Source: Candidatus Spongiisociaceae bacterium (lineage in GTDB: Bacteria > Actinomycetota > Acidimicrobiia > Spongiisociales > Spongiisociaceae). Taken from it: a DNA stretch of 64,000 bases. The notes beneath the pieces were generated by a model that made no database searches, was not told the DNA's origin, and saw only the letters and a list, made by a program, of their open reading frames with translations. The position numbers and the translations under genes are program-made. This document shows, piece after piece, positions 32,589-44,300 of this stretch (positions within the stretch are counted from its first letter, which is position 1; the number at the start of each line of letters is the position of its first letter). Location: positions 4,160,001-4,224,000 of the forward strand of contig CBDCOH010000002.1 of NCBI GenBank assembly GCA_965219685.1, given 5' to 3'.

Positions 32589-32790
32589 AGCAGAGTTTCG
32601 AGCATGATTTGGATCAAGGCCGGTGCGGGTCCGGTGTGAGTATGGATTGGGCCAGCGGGTTCCGGCGGAGGAGGGTCCCCGGAAGCGGACAAGTGGGGCA
32701 GCCCGGCATCCTCCAGAGATTCACCGGGACCTCGCAGGCGTCACATCTGGCTCAGGCCGACGGGCCACTGGAGAGGCAGAGATCCGGGAA

Positions 32791-35700
32791 ATGGGCGAGC
32801 AGTATCGGGCTTCTAGACGGGATGACAAAGCGACGTGCTCGGTGACTGTTCTTCGGGTTGTGGCGGTCGCGGCGGTGATCTCCGCGGCGGCGGTCGCCGC
32901 GACGGCGCAGAGCGGGACTGTGCCCGATGCGCCGCAGGGGCTTGCGATCTCCGCGGTCTCCCATGATTCGGTGACGCTGTCATGGACCGATCCGGGGGAC
33001 TCTTCCATCACGGGGTACCAGGTTCTTCGCCGCAACCGCGCGGTGCAAGCTGCGGGTGTGTTCGAGATCATCGATGACGCGGTGCCCGCCAACGCCACCA
33101 GCTACACCGATATGCCTGTTGAGGCATCGACCCGGTACGCGTACCGGATCAAGGCCCGCAACGCGCATGGGCTCAGTGGGTGGTCAGCGTGGGTCCGGGC
33201 GGACGTCCCCGAGCCCGCTCCCGAGCCCGACCCGTCCGTGACAGAGGCTACCGTACGAGACTCTGTTCTGCGCCAGGTCGCGGCTGCTCCGGTGATCACG
33301 AGTCTGGGCCCGTTCGCGGTGGATGAGGGCACGACTGCGGTGGTGACGCTCACCGCTTCTGATGACGACACCGCGGTTGGTGATCTGGTGTGGTCCAAGG
33401 CGGGGGGCGCGGATGCCGACGTGTTCACGTTGAGTTCATCGGGTGTGTTGTCGTTCGGTTCGGCCAAGGACTTCGAGGATCCTGACGATGACGACGCCGA
33501 CGGCGCCTATGAGGTGACGGTGCAGGTCAGCGACGGCGACAACAAGGTGACCGCTGCGGTGTTGGTGTCGTTGGTGAACATCGTTGAGTTGACCGCGATC
33601 GATGGGCCCACGGCTGTGACCTTCGAGGAGAACAGCTGGCTGCGGGTGGCGGAGTTCACGGCGTCCTCATCGCAGGACCGCGATGGGGTCTCTTGGACTT
33701 TGGGGGGCGCTGACTCGTCTCATTTGAGGATCGATGAGCCTGCGGGGGTGCTGCGGTTTGATCTTGATGCGGTGTCGCCGTCTGTGGTGTCGAAGCCCCC
33801 GGACTTCGAGGCGCCGGTGGATGCCGGCGCCGACAACGCGTATGTGGTGACGCTCACGGCCAGGGTGGGATCCGACACCGGCACGCCTTTGAGCGTGACG
33901 GTGACGGTGTCTGATGTTGACGAGCCCGGCACGGTGTCGCTGTCGACGAAGCGGCCCCGCACCGGCGTGGCGGTCACCGCGACGCTCGCTGATCCCGACG
34001 AGGTCACCAGCGGGTCGGAGACGTGGGTTTGGGAGCGCAGCGGCGCCTACGACGAGTGGATCGAGATCGCGGGTGCGACCGCCTCCAGCTACACGCCGGT
34101 CGCGGCCGACGCGGGCAATTTCCTGCGGGCCAGCGTCACCTACAGCGACCGCCACGGCAGCGGCGCGTCGGCCCAGGCCACCGCGCCCGAGGTGGTGGCC
34201 GCGGACCAGTTGAACGCGTTGGCGGTACGCACCAACGACTCTGCCGCGTCCTCGGACACGGAGCCGTGGCGGTTGATGCGGCCGTTGTTCGACGCGGCCA
34301 CGCTGCACTACTCGGTGGGCTGTGGCAGCCCTGACTTGATGACGCTCAGGTTCAGCCCCGCCGACGGGTCGAGCCGGATCTCGGTCGACGGCGTCCAGCA
34401 CGCCAACCCCGGCGCGGGCAACTCGACCACGGCGACGGTCTTGGTAACCGGCGACAGCGTCGTGGACGTCGTGCTGGCCGGCGCCGACGGCGCATACACC
34501 CGGTACGCCGTGCACTGCCTCGCCGAGAGCATCCGCGAGATCACACTCACGAAACCCCTCGGAGAAGCCGAGGTCCTCGACGAGCTGATGCTCTTCTTCA
34601 TCACACCGCACCTGGTGATCGTCGACAGCAACGGCGTCCCGCGCTTCCAGCGCCATCCGATCGCCTCCGCGGGGCCCTACTTCCGGTTCTATCCCGACGT
34701 CAACGGCGAGCCGCGCTACTCCCACAACGAGCCCGGCCGGGACTTCGTCATCCTGGACGGCAACTTAGACCGAGTCGACTCACCCCACACAGTCGCGCCC
34801 CTGACCCGTCACGACAACCACGACTTCCGGGTGCTCGACAACGGCGACTACATGCTGATGGCCTACCAGGACACCGAACGCGACCTCTCCCATCTGACCT
34901 TCACCGACAGGAACGGCGACCCCTTCGGGACCGACGTGTACGTCGAGGACTCTGTCATCCAGATCGTCACCCCCGGTGGCCGGGCGACGTTCAACTGGAA
35001 CTCGTGGGACCATATGCCGCTGGAGGACTGCGCGCAGCACTTCTTCCCGCCCGGCCGCGGCAGCTGGGCACATGTGAATGCCATCCAGTACGTGGACGAT
35101 GTGATCGTCGCGTCAATGCGGGGCTGCTCGCGGGTGCTGGCGATTGACGTCGACACCGGTGATGTGGTGTGGAGGGTGGGTCCCTCCAATCTCAGCACCG
35201 CCGAGTGGGCCGAGCGCGGCATCGGACCGCCGCCGCTGGACATCATCGGCGACCCGGCGGGCCAGTTCTGCGGACAGCACGGGTCGACGCTGCTGCCCGA
35301 CGGCAACCTGATCCTCTACGACAACGGCGTGGTGTGCACGATCGATCCCTGGACGGGTGAGACTCTTGTCCGGACGAACGAGGAGTACAGCCGCGCCGTC
35401 GAGTACGCTCTCGATCTCGACAACGGCGAGGCGGTGTTCGTGCGCGACCACTCGCTGCACGGCACCGAGTCCGAGGTTGGCTACCGGGGCGGGCACGTCG
35501 AGGCGCTGAGCAACGGCCATTGGCTCATCAGCTGGGGCAACAAGCATCCAACGCGCGACGATCCCCCGGAGCCGTCCGATGTATTGACCCAGGTCGACCC
35601 GGACACCGGCCAGGAGTGGCTCTCGGTGGACGGGCTCAGACGCGGGACTCGGGCCACCGTCATGCGGCCTGAACAGTTGTTGAGGGCCCGCCCGGCGCTG

Positions 35701-38700
35701 GAGGCCCGTTTTGTGGACAGCACCTACACGTCGGTGTTCCACACCGGTGCAGGGGACGCCCCTACGGTGGTGGTGGCGTTCAACCGTCCGGTGGCGGACT
35801 TCGCGGCGTCGTCTGCTTCGCTGAGTGTTCGGGGCGCGTCGGTGACCAGCGTGGCGCCCCATGTGGTGGCCGGGGAGCCCGCCAACGCGTACCTGGTGAC
35901 CCTGGCTCCCGACGGGCCCGGCGCCATCACGGTGAGGGTTGTTGCCGGCAAGGCGTGCGATGCCGGCGGGGTCTGTACTGCGGACGGAGCCGAGGTGGAG
36001 ACGGTTCCTGAGGCCTGGGTGATCAGCCCGCCGATCAGCGTGTCCTTCGGGGCCGGTTCCTATTCGGTGCGTGAGGGCGCCGCGCTGTCGGTGCCGGTGG
36101 TGTTGAGCGGAGCCCACGGCAGCCCAAGTCCCATAGACGTGCTGTTGGTCGCGTCGGCGGTGAGCGCCTCTGCGGACGACTTCTCGGTGCCGTCCAGTGT
36201 GAGCTTCGCGGCGGGCGAGACCCGCAAGTCGGTGTCCTTCGATGCGGCCGACGACGAGGTGGTGGAGGGCGCCGAGACGGTCGAGTTGAGCCTCGTCGCG
36301 CTGCCGACGGGTCTGATGGCTGGTTCGAACCAGACGACGACGATCACCGTCGCCGATGCCGACACGGCTGCGATCAGATTCGACGCTGCGGTCAGCGAGG
36401 TTGCTGAAGGGGGCCAGGTCGAGTTGACGTTCGCCATCACCAACGGTGTCGTCTTCGCAGCCGATCAGTCCATCAGCATCGAGGTCTCCGGGTCGGCGAC
36501 AGCCGGCGACGACTACGAACTGGTGGGCTCGCGGGGCCAGACGCTGTCGGCGCCGTACTCGGTGACGCTGGCGGCGGGAACGAACTCGCTCACGGCCACA
36601 TTGAGGGCGTTGGACGACTCCGATGCCGAACTGGCCGAGACAGTGTCGCTGAGCGCCCGGCTCGTCTCCACCGGCGCGCTGATCGGAGCGCGCACGGTGA
36701 CCGTCAGTCCCAGCGACCTGGACGCTCCCGAGGTCGAGATCGCCCAGGACGGTGCGGTGACCGAGGGCACCGAAGCGGTGTTCACCCTGACGCGCACCGG
36801 GACCGCCGGCAGCCCGCTGAGCGAGCCGCTCACCGTGCGGGTGCAGGTGACGGCCGCCGGCGGGGTCCTGCAGGGTGTGCCGCCGTCGACAGTGACCTTC
36901 GCCGGCGGCGCCAACACCGCCGAGCTGCGGGCCGCGACCGCCGATGACGACATCGTCGGCGACACAGTCACGGTCACCGCGCTGGTGCTGGCAGACAGAG
37001 CCAACCCTCCGGCGTACCTGACCGGCCCGTCCAATCACGCGACGGTTACCGTGCAAGACGACGACGCTGCAAGTTTCGCGGTGTCCGCATCCGCCAGCAC
37101 CATCGTCGAGGGCACCGACACGACGGTCACGATCGACACCGGCGGAACCACCTTCGCACAGGCCCAGACCATCAGCATCATCGTCGGCGGCAACGCAACC
37201 GCAGGCGACGACTTCGTGTTGACCGACACCGGCGGGCACCAGATCCAGGCGCCGTATGAGCTGGTGCTCGCGGCCGGCGCCGCGTCCACGAGCCTGACCG
37301 TCGCAGCCGCAACCGACGAGGCCAACGACAGCGGCGAGACGGTGGTGCTGTCGTTCCGCCACGACGGGAACTCCATCGGGACGGTCACCATCACCGTGGA
37401 CGACGTCAACCAGCGACCGGTGGTGGCCGGCGGCCGCTCGTTCTGGTACGCGGAGAACGACACAGCGACCGTGGCCGAGTTCACCGCGACCGACGCCGAG
37501 GATGACACGATCACATGGTCTCTCGGCGGCGCCGACGGCTCCCTGTTCACCATCGCCGGCGGCGAGTTGCGGTTCTTGGCGCCTCCGGATTTCGAGACGC
37601 CCGCAGACGCCGGCGCCGACAACTTCTATGACATCGTCGTGGAGGCTTCCGACGCCGGCGGCACGGCGGGCCGCGACGTGACCGTGACCGTCACCAACAT
37701 CGACGAAACCGCGACCATCACCAGCGACTCGGGCTCCTTCGCCATCAGCTACCCCGAGAACGCGGCCACCGATGTGGCTTCCTTCACCGCCGACGATCCC
37801 GAGAGCGCCAGGATCAGGTGGTCGCTCGGCGGCGACGACCGCGACGACTTCGAGATCGACGACGGTGGCGTGCTCAGCTTCTCGAGTCCGCCCGACCATG
37901 AACGCCCCGACGACGACAACGAAGACAACCAGTACCGGTTACAGGTCCAGGCCAGAGCAGGCGCGAGCGCCCCGGTGGCCGAGGCGGTGACCGTCAGCGT
38001 GAGCAATGTGGAAGAGCCCGGGGTCGTGCGTCTGTCGTCCCTGAGGCCCCAGGCGGCCACCGCTCTGACCGCTTCGCTCAGCGACGACGACGGCGTGTTG
38101 GCGGTACTGTCATGGACCTGGCAGCGCTCCCTGGCCGGTGGACCCTGGACAGATACCGGCAACGCCGCCACCTACACGCCAGCGGACGCCGACGTGGGCT
38201 ATGACCTACGGGTCGAGGCCACCTACCGAGACGGCGCCGGTTCGGGCACCGACAGCGCCAGCGCACACGCCGAGCACCCGGTGCGGGCCGCGCCGCTCAC
38301 CAACAGCCCGCCCACCTTCACCGGCGACGCCGCCGAACGCTCCATCGTGGAGAACTCACCCGCAGGCACACCCGTCGGCACAGCCGTCGCAGCCACCGAT
38401 CCCGACCCCGACGACCGCAACAAGCTCACCTACAGCATCTCAGGCACCGACGCCGATCTGTTCAGCATCGACGGAGCCACCGGACAGATCCGCGTCGGGT
38501 CGGGGACAGTGCTCGACTACGAGACCACCACAGGCCCCTACTCGGTCACCGTCACCGTCGCCGACCCCTCAGGCGACACCGACGACCAGCCCGTCACCAT
38601 CGAGGTGACCGACATCAACGAAGCACCCGAAGCGCAACACGACACCGCCACCACCTCCGAGGACACGCCCTTAAACATCACAGTGCTCTCCAACGACACC

Positions 38701-40443
38701 GACCCCGACGGCGACGCCCTCACGGTGACACGGCGTGACGCGCCCCTCAACGGCCGCGTCACGGTGCATGCCGACAACACCGTCACCTACACACCCCGCC
38801 CCGACTTCAACGGCGAGGACATTTTCACCTACGCCGCCTCCGACGGACGCCTCACCCACGAGGCAACCGTTACGGTGACGGTGACCGCGGTCAACGACCA
38901 GCCCCAGTTCTCTTCGGCATCCACCACCCGCAGCATCGCCGAAGGATCCCCTGCCGGGACGGCGGTCGGAGCTCCGGTGCAGGCCACCGACATCGACCGG
39001 GAACCCCTCACCTACAGCCTTTTCGCAGAGGACTCGCAGTCCTTCGCCATCGACCTCCACACCGGCCAGATCAGAGTCGCCGCAGGCGCTGTGATCGACC
39101 ACGCCCAGCAGCCCACCTACCGGCTCAGAGTCCAAGCAACCGACCCCCACAGCGCCAGAGCAAGCACCGCCGTCACCATCACCGTCACCACCGGAGGCGG
39201 AAGCGGACGAGGAACAAGCGGCGGCGGTGGCGGTGGAGGTGGTGGAGGTGGTGGTGGTGCAGGTGGTGGTGGTGGCCCGGTTCAAGACATCGGTGTGCCG
39301 GTGTTTGTGGAAGGGTCAACGGGTGTCCGTTCGGTGGCTGAGAACAGTGCGGCTGGGACCAGCATCGGTGACCCCCTCATGGCGGTGGATCCGGAGGGAG
39401 ACCCACTCACCTACACGCTTTCAGGAACCAACGCAGACCTTTTCGACCTCGACGCATCAACAGGTCAACTACTAACCAAAGCCGCCCTCGACTACGAAAC
39501 CAAAAACAGCTACACCGTCACCGTCGACGTGGGAGACAACAAGAACCCCGACGGTGAACCCGGCCAACAACGCGACGACTCCATCCGAGTAACCATCCTC
39601 GTCACCAACCAAGACGACCCCGGGACGCTCACCCCCTCCGTACCCACCCCACGAGTCGACCAACCCTTCCACATCGCATTAACAGATCCCGACGGCGGCG
39701 TCACCGACCTCGCCTGGAGATGGGACCGCTCCCCCGATCGGAACAGGTGGACACCAATCACCAGCGCAACGTCGGCCGCATACACCCCGACCGCAGACGA
39801 CCAAGGCCAACACCTGCGGGTAACCGCCACCTACACCGACGACTTCGGAGCAAACAAGGCAACAACACTCGAGCCCAATGCAGTTACCACCGGTTTCCGA
39901 ACCGGGTTCGAAGACCTATCAGCCGACAGCGTGCACACCCCCGCCATCCAAGCCCTAGCCAAACAAGGCGTGTTCGCCGACTCCGAATGCGGCCAAAGTG
40001 GTTTCTGCCCACACGAACCCATGCAACGATGGGTGATGGCAGTCTGGATGATCCGACTCCTCACCGAAGAACCCCCACCGGTGGTGGGCACCTCCCGCTT
40101 CGGTGACATAGCCGACGGACAATGGTGGATCCGCTACGTCGAACAACTAGCAGACCGCCGCATCACCATCGGATGCGACACCAACCCACCCCGATACTGC
40201 CCCAACAGTTCCGTAACCCGAGCGCAGATGGCCACCTTCCTGGCACGCGCCCTCCAACTCCAACCCGCAGCCCGCGCCGGGTTCGCCGACACCGAAGGCA
40301 ACACCCACGCCGCCAACATCGACGCGCTATTCGCCGCAGGGATCACCGTCGGATGCGACACCGACCCGCTGCGGTACTGCCCCGACCAGCCAGTAACCCG
40401 AGCACAGATGGCCACCTTCCTACACCGAGCCCTCAACCCCTAA
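32791..40443 (+). CDS. Giant secreted surface protein: FN3, cadherin-like repeats, arylsulfotransferase-like beta-propeller, Calx-beta/Ig-like repeats, Gly linker, cadherin, C-terminal SLH domains
   Basis: Signal peptide (VVAVAAVISAAAVAATAQ), FN3 (VTLSWTDP…YRIKARN), PDFE.P.D cadherin motifs, HDNHDF…AHVNAI…GQH…LYDNG (ASST-like), VTRAQMATFL SLH repeats. Start chosen at the conserved leader ATG. Confidence 0.85.
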   Translation: MGEQYRASRRDDKATCSVTVLRVVAVAAVISAAAVAATAQSGTVPDAPQGLAISAVSHDSVTLSWTDPGDSSITGYQVLRRNRAVQAAGVFEIIDDAVPANATSYTDMPVEASTRYAYRIKARNAHGLSGWSAWVRADVPEPAPEPDPSVTEATVRDSVLRQVAAAPVITSLGPFAVDEGTTAVVTLTASDDDTAVGDLVWSKAGGADADVFTLSSSGVLSFGSAKDFEDPDDDDADGAYEVTVQVSDGDNKVTAAVLVSLVNIVELTAIDGPTAVTFEENSWLRVAEFTASSSQDRDGVSWTLGGADSSHLRIDEPAGVLRFDLDAVSPSVVSKPPDFEAPVDAGADNAYVVTLTARVGSDTGTPLSVTVTVSDVDEPGTVSLSTKRPRTGVAVTATLADPDEVTSGSETWVWERSGAYDEWIEIAGATASSYTPVAADAGNFLRASVTYSDRHGSGASAQATAPEVVAADQLNALAVRTNDSAASSDTEPWRLMRPLFDAATLHYSVGCGSPDLMTLRFSPADGSSRISVDGVQHANPGAGNSTTATVLVTGDSVVDVVLAGADGAYTRYAVHCLAESIREITLTKPLGEAEVLDELMLFFITPHLVIVDSNGVPRFQRHPIASAGPYFRFYPDVNGEPRYSHNEPGRDFVILDGNLDRVDSPHTVAPLTRHDNHDFRVLDNGDYMLMAYQDTERDLSHLTFTDRNGDPFGTDVYVEDSVIQIVTPGGRATFNWNSWDHMPLEDCAQHFFPPGRGSWAHVNAIQYVDDVIVASMRGCSRVLAIDVDTGDVVWRVGPSNLSTAEWAERGIGPPPLDIIGDPAGQFCGQHGSTLLPDGNLILYDNGVVCTIDPWTGETLVRTNEEYSRAVEYALDLDNGEAVFVRDHSLHGTESEVGYRGGHVEALSNGHWLISWGNKHPTRDDPPEPSDVLTQVDPDTGQEWLSVDGLRRGTRATVMRPEQLLRARPALEARFVDSTYTSVFHTGAGDAPTVVVAFNRPVADFAASSASLSVRGASVTSVAPHVVAGEPANAYLVTLAPDGPGAITVRVVAGKACDAGGVCTADGAEVETVPEAWVISPPISVSFGAGSYSVREGAALSVPVVLSGAHGSPSPIDVLLVASAVSASADDFSVPSSVSFAAGETRKSVSFDAADDEVVEGAETVELSLVALPTGLMAGSNQTTTITVADADTAAIRFDAAVSEVAEGGQVELTFAITNGVVFAADQSISIEVSGSATAGDDYELVGSRGQTLSAPYSVTLAAGTNSLTATLRALDDSDAELAETVSLSARLVSTGALIGARTVTVSPSDLDAPEVEIAQDGAVTEGTEAVFTLTRTGTAGSPLSEPLTVRVQVTAAGGVLQGVPPSTVTFAGGANTAELRAATADDDIVGDTVTVTALVLADRANPPAYLTGPSNHATVTVQDDDAASFAVSASASTIVEGTDTTVTIDTGGTTFAQAQTISIIVGGNATAGDDFVLTDTGGHQIQAPYELVLAAGAASTSLTVAAATDEANDSGETVVLSFRHDGNSIGTVTITVDDVNQRPVVAGGRSFWYAENDTATVAEFTATDAEDDTITWSLGGADGSLFTIAGGELRFLAPPDFETPADAGADNFYDIVVEASDAGGTAGRDVTVTVTNIDETATITSDSGSFAISYPENAATDVASFTADDPESARIRWSLGGDDRDDFEIDDGGVLSFSSPPDHERPDDDNEDNQYRLQVQARAGASAPVAEAVTVSVSNVEEPGVVRLSSLRPQAATALTASLSDDDGVLAVLSWTWQRSLAGGPWTDTGNAATYTPADADVGYDLRVEATYRDGAGSGTDSASAHAEHPVRAAPLTNSPPTFTGDAAERSIVENSPAGTPVGTAVAATDPDPDDRNKLTYSISGTDADLFSIDGATGQIRVGSGTVLDYETTTGPYSVTVTVADPSGDTDDQPVTIEVTDINEAPEAQHDTATTSEDTPLNITVLSNDTDPDGDALTVTRRDAPLNGRVTVHADNTVTYTPRPDFNGEDIFTYAASDGRLTHEATVTVTVTAVNDQPQFSSASTTRSIAEGSPAGTAVGAPVQATDIDREPLTYSLFAEDSQSFAIDLHTGQIRVAAGAVIDHAQQPTYRLRVQATDPHSARASTAVTITVTTGGGSGRGTSGGGGGGGGGGGGGAGGGGGPVQDIGVPVFVEGSTGVRSVAENSAAGTSIGDPLMAVDPEGDPLTYTLSGTNADLFDLDASTGQLLTKAALDYETKNSYTVTVDVGDNKNPDGEPGQQRDDSIRVTILVTNQDDPGTLTPSVPTPRVDQPFHIALTDPDGGVTDLAWRWDRSPDRNRWTPITSATSAAYTPTADDQGQHLRVTATYTDDFGANKATTLEPNAVTTGFRTGFEDLSADSVHTPAIQALAKQGVFADSECGQSGFCPHEPMQRWVMAVWMIRLLTEEPPPVVGTSRFGDIADGQWWIRYVEQLADRRITIGCDTNPPRYCPNSSVTRAQMATFLARALQLQPAARAGFADTEGNTHAANIDALFAAGITVGCDTDPLRYCPDQPVTRAQMATFLHRALNP

Positions 40444-40687
40444 CCCTGATTCTTCATGTTCCCGGCACACCGACGTACATCAGCCCAGTTCAACCTCATG
40501 ATTCCGGAGGGGCCACCCTTCACCCGGCGGGTTAGGCTCGCGCGGCCGCCGGGGCAAGGCTATCCGATAGCCGTAATCCCAGGTCAGGACTCCAAAGCTC
40601 CCGCTCCATCGATCCCTACAAACTCCGATCCATGAAGACTTGGGGCTAACACACGCCACCCTGCGAATCGGCCCCACTCGGCTGAAC

Positions 40688-40951
40688 TGAGGTTGCCCAG
40701 CTCGAGTGGACGCTCTGTGACTTGGGATTGTTCCCAGAAGGAGCGTTCAGAGAATGGGGAAGACGAAACCACCGTATCCGGCGGAGTTCCGAGCAGCGAT
40801 GGTTCGCCTGGTGCGAACCGGTCGCACGCCTGGCGAGTTGAGCCGGGGTGTCGAACCATCGGACCAGACCATCCGCAAGTGGGTGAACCAAGCCGATGTC
40901 GACGAAGGCCGCCGTGAAGGGCTGACGACCACCGAACGGGAAGAACTGCGC
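40688..40951 (+). mobile_element. IS3-family left end and truncated orfA
   Basis: IR TGAGGTTGCCCAGCTCGAGTGGAC…, then [13 protein letters not shown]…[28 protein letters not shown] (HTH_Tnp_1 type). No orfB. Confidence 0.8.
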
Positions 40952-41044
40952 TGGGCGTGTTGGGGTTCGGAAGGGTCGGTTCTGGTCTGGTGAACTCCGG
41001 CCATTTCCCCGTAGTGGGGGTAATCGCGGCAGCTTAGCCCAGAG

Positions 41045-41109
41045 GTTACATTGCTCTTATATAAATGGCCCAAGATTTTACGGCTATCTCATATCCGGGT
41101 TTGACAGTA
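41045..41109 (+). promoter_or_regulatory. Four-box element copy 3
   Basis: GTTACA/CTTATA/TTTACG/CTCATA at 0/11/32/43. Confidence 0.7.
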
Positions 41110-41302
41110 GCTGGGGGGTCTCGGAGCATTGGGACTGTTCTCGATGCCGGTGCGGGTGGGATGAAGACGAACAGGATTCCTGATATAGAGAGTCCCGGTA
41201 GAACCCGCGGGCGGTCCATATCTCAACAGTCTCCGCGATCGGCCCGGGACCTCTCCTCGGGTTTCGTTTGTTGTGGCAGCCCGAGCGTTAGAGACCGACG
41301 AG

Positions 41303-44300
41303 ATGGTTGATGGCCTTGGCATGTTGTCGGCTCTCCGGTGGGGGTGGCGTGGTGCCGCGGGTGTTCCGGGCGGGTGCGTGGGTCTGCTGCTGTTGGCGAT
41401 GTTGTTGGTGCCGGTCCCTGCCGCGGGGGGTAGCGGTAGTGTGCCGGCGCGGCCGGCACGGCCTGCAGTGACCGCGGTTTCTCATGATTCGTTGACGTTG
41501 TCTTGGGCTGATCCCGGAGATGGGTCCATCACGGGTTACCAGATTCTGCGTCGTAGCCCCGACACTGACGTAGTCGGGGTGTTTGTCGTTGTTGAGGATG
41601 ACACCGCAACGGCGGCTACTACCTATACAGATGTCACTGTGGAGGCGTCGACGTCGTATGTATACCGAGTCAAGGCCCGCAACGCCCACGGGTTGAGTTT
41701 GAGGTCGGGGTTCAGCCGGGTTACCACTCCCGCTGCCCCGTCACCGGTGACCGAGACGGAGACCGATTCGGTGTCGGCGCGTTCTGTTCGGCAGGTCATT
41801 GGCAGTTCGTTGAATCAGCCGCCGGAGTTCCCGGCGACCGAGACCGGTGACCGCAGCGTGGCTGAGAACACGTCGGCTGGGTCTGATGTAGGTGTTCCGG
41901 TCGCGGCTACCGACCCCGACAACGACTCCCTGACCTACTCGCTGGGCGGCACCCATGCCGACGTTTTCGACATTGTTGCCTCTACCGGCCAGCTTCGTAC
42001 CAAGGCAGCGCTGGACTATGAGACAGCCTCGAGCTATTCGGTCGAGGTCGAGGTCACCGACGGCAAGGACGCTTCCGGTTCGTCGGATGACACTATCGAC
42101 GACACGATCGAGGTGACCGTCGCTGTTGACAACGTTGACGAGCCCGGGACGGTGTCGTTCGCTCCGGCCGAAGCCCGGGTTGGAGCGGTGCTCAGAGCCT
42201 CGCTCAGCGACCCGGATGGGCCGACGAGCGTGCGTTGGACATGGCATACCTCCGATGACAAGGTCGACTGGGACCAGATCAGCGGCGCTTCGTCCCATAT
42301 CACGCCGGGCGACGCGGTCGAGGGCAAGTGGCTGAGAGCGAGCGCCGCTTACAGCGACGGCGCGGGCGGTGACAAGACCGCGCAGGGGGTGACGGCTGAT
42401 GTTGTGGCCGTTGAGGAAGCCTCCCCGAAGCTGGTGGTTGAGACGCTCGTGAGGGACGGTATCAAACATCCCTGGGGTATCGCGTTCACGCCCGACTCCA
42501 CGATGCTGTTCACACAGCGGGAGGGTGTGATCAATGCCCGGCTGGCCGACGGGACGCTCAAGACTGTAACCGCGGACTTCTCGGACCTGTATCTCCACCT
42601 CAAGGTCGGACTCATGGCGATAGTCGTGGATCCCGACTTCGCTACCAACCGGCGCTTTTACACCTGCCAGGGTCATACCGGGATGACCGTGCAGGTGATC
42701 GCTTGGACCATCGACGGGGACTACTCGGCGGCGACCCGAGTCAACGACCCGCTCGTCGGGGGTATCGAGACCGACACCCAGCACAGCGGCTGCCGGCTGC
42801 GTTTCGGTCCGCAGGGACACCTGTGGATAGCGACCGGTGACGGCCGCGTGGCGACGGGGCCGCAGGACCTGACATCGCTGGTCGGGAAAGTCCTGCGGGT
42901 GGACTCCATGACGGGCAACGCGCCGGACTCCAATCCGATCGCAGGGTCCCGGGTCTACACCTACGGCCATCGCAACCTTCAAGGGCTGGCTCTGCGGCCA
43001 GGGACGGACCAGATGTGGTCCGTCGAGCACGGTCCGGAGCGCGACGACGAGATCAATCTGCTCACTCCGGGCGGAAACTACGGCTGGAACCCGACCCGCG
43101 ACGGAGAGAACTACACCGAGGACGTCCCGATGACCGACGTCTCCAAGTTCCCCGACGCGGTGCAGGCAAAGTGGTCCTCGGGCCTGCCGACTCTGGCCAC
43201 CTCCGGCGGTATCTTCCTCGAGGGTTCCCAGTGGCGCCACTGGGAGGGCCGGCTGGCGGTGGCCACACTCAAGAACCAGACCCTGCGAGTCTTCGAGTTC
43301 GACTCCGACGGCACGCTGCTGAGCGAGGTGGTCCCGCCCGAGCTCAACAAGACGGGCCAGCGTCTACGGACGCCGATGATGGGTCCCGACGGTGCCCTGT
43401 ACATCGCCACATCCATCACCACCGACGACAAGATCCTGAAGGTCACCCCGCTGTGGCCGCCCGAGTTCGAGTCGGACACCGCCGTCTTCATGGTGCCCGA
43501 GGACGTAGGCACTGCCGATGTCGTTGCAACCGTCGAGGCCACCGACGACAACCCCAGCAGCCTCAGGTACAGCCTGAGCGGTCCCGACGCGGCCTCCTTT
43601 GCTATCGCCGACGACACGGTCGGCAAGTTGACGCCCGCCACGGAACTGGACCACGAGGGGAAAGGCTCGTACGAGGTGACGGTCATCGCGATCAACGGCA
43701 ACCGCCTCAGGGCAAGAATTGCGCTCACGATCATCGCTACCAACGTTGAAGAGCCGCCAACCGTGGACGGTCCCACCGAGGTGACCTACCCGGAGGGCTC
43801 CACGGACGATGTGGCCGTATACACCGCGTCGGATCCCGAGGACGGGGAGCTTCCGGTAACGCTGAGCGGTGCGGACAGCACCTTGTTCACCCTCGACGCC
43901 GGGACGCTGAAGTTCAAGGCGCCGCCCGACCACGAGCAGCCCGGCGACTCGGGCCGGGACAATGACTACAACCTGGTGGTCGAAACCTCCGACGGTGCCA
44001 ACACCGTCGAGCGCGCCGTGACGGTGACCGTAACCGACGTGGACGAGCCGCCAACTCTGGACGGTCCCACCGAGGTGACCTACCCGGAGGGCTCCACGGG
44101 CGATGTGGCCTCCTACACCTTTGACGATCCTGAGGAGAGAACGGCTCAGTGGTCGCTGTCGGGTACCGACCGTCAGAACTTTGGTCTCTCAGGCGGTGTG
44201 CTCTCCTTCGTGGTCTCTCCCGACTACGAGAACCCCCACGACTCCGGCAAAGACAACGACTACGAAGCGGTAGTGCGCATCCTCGACGGGCCTCACACCG

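Noticed and set aside
32623-32790. N-terminal extensions given by the ORF track for 32623, 51864 and 57638
   Set aside because: They translate the shared non-coding leader; the conserved ATG lies downstream in each case.
35113-37899. 928-aa antisense ORF and other long opposite-strand ORFs
   Set aside because: Shadow ORFs of high-GC coding regions with no recognisable motifs.
40555-40630. Possible ninth four-box copy on the minus strand (ATTACGgctatCGGATA)
   Set aside because: Only one degenerate pair; the 0/11/32/43 spacing and the leader are absent.
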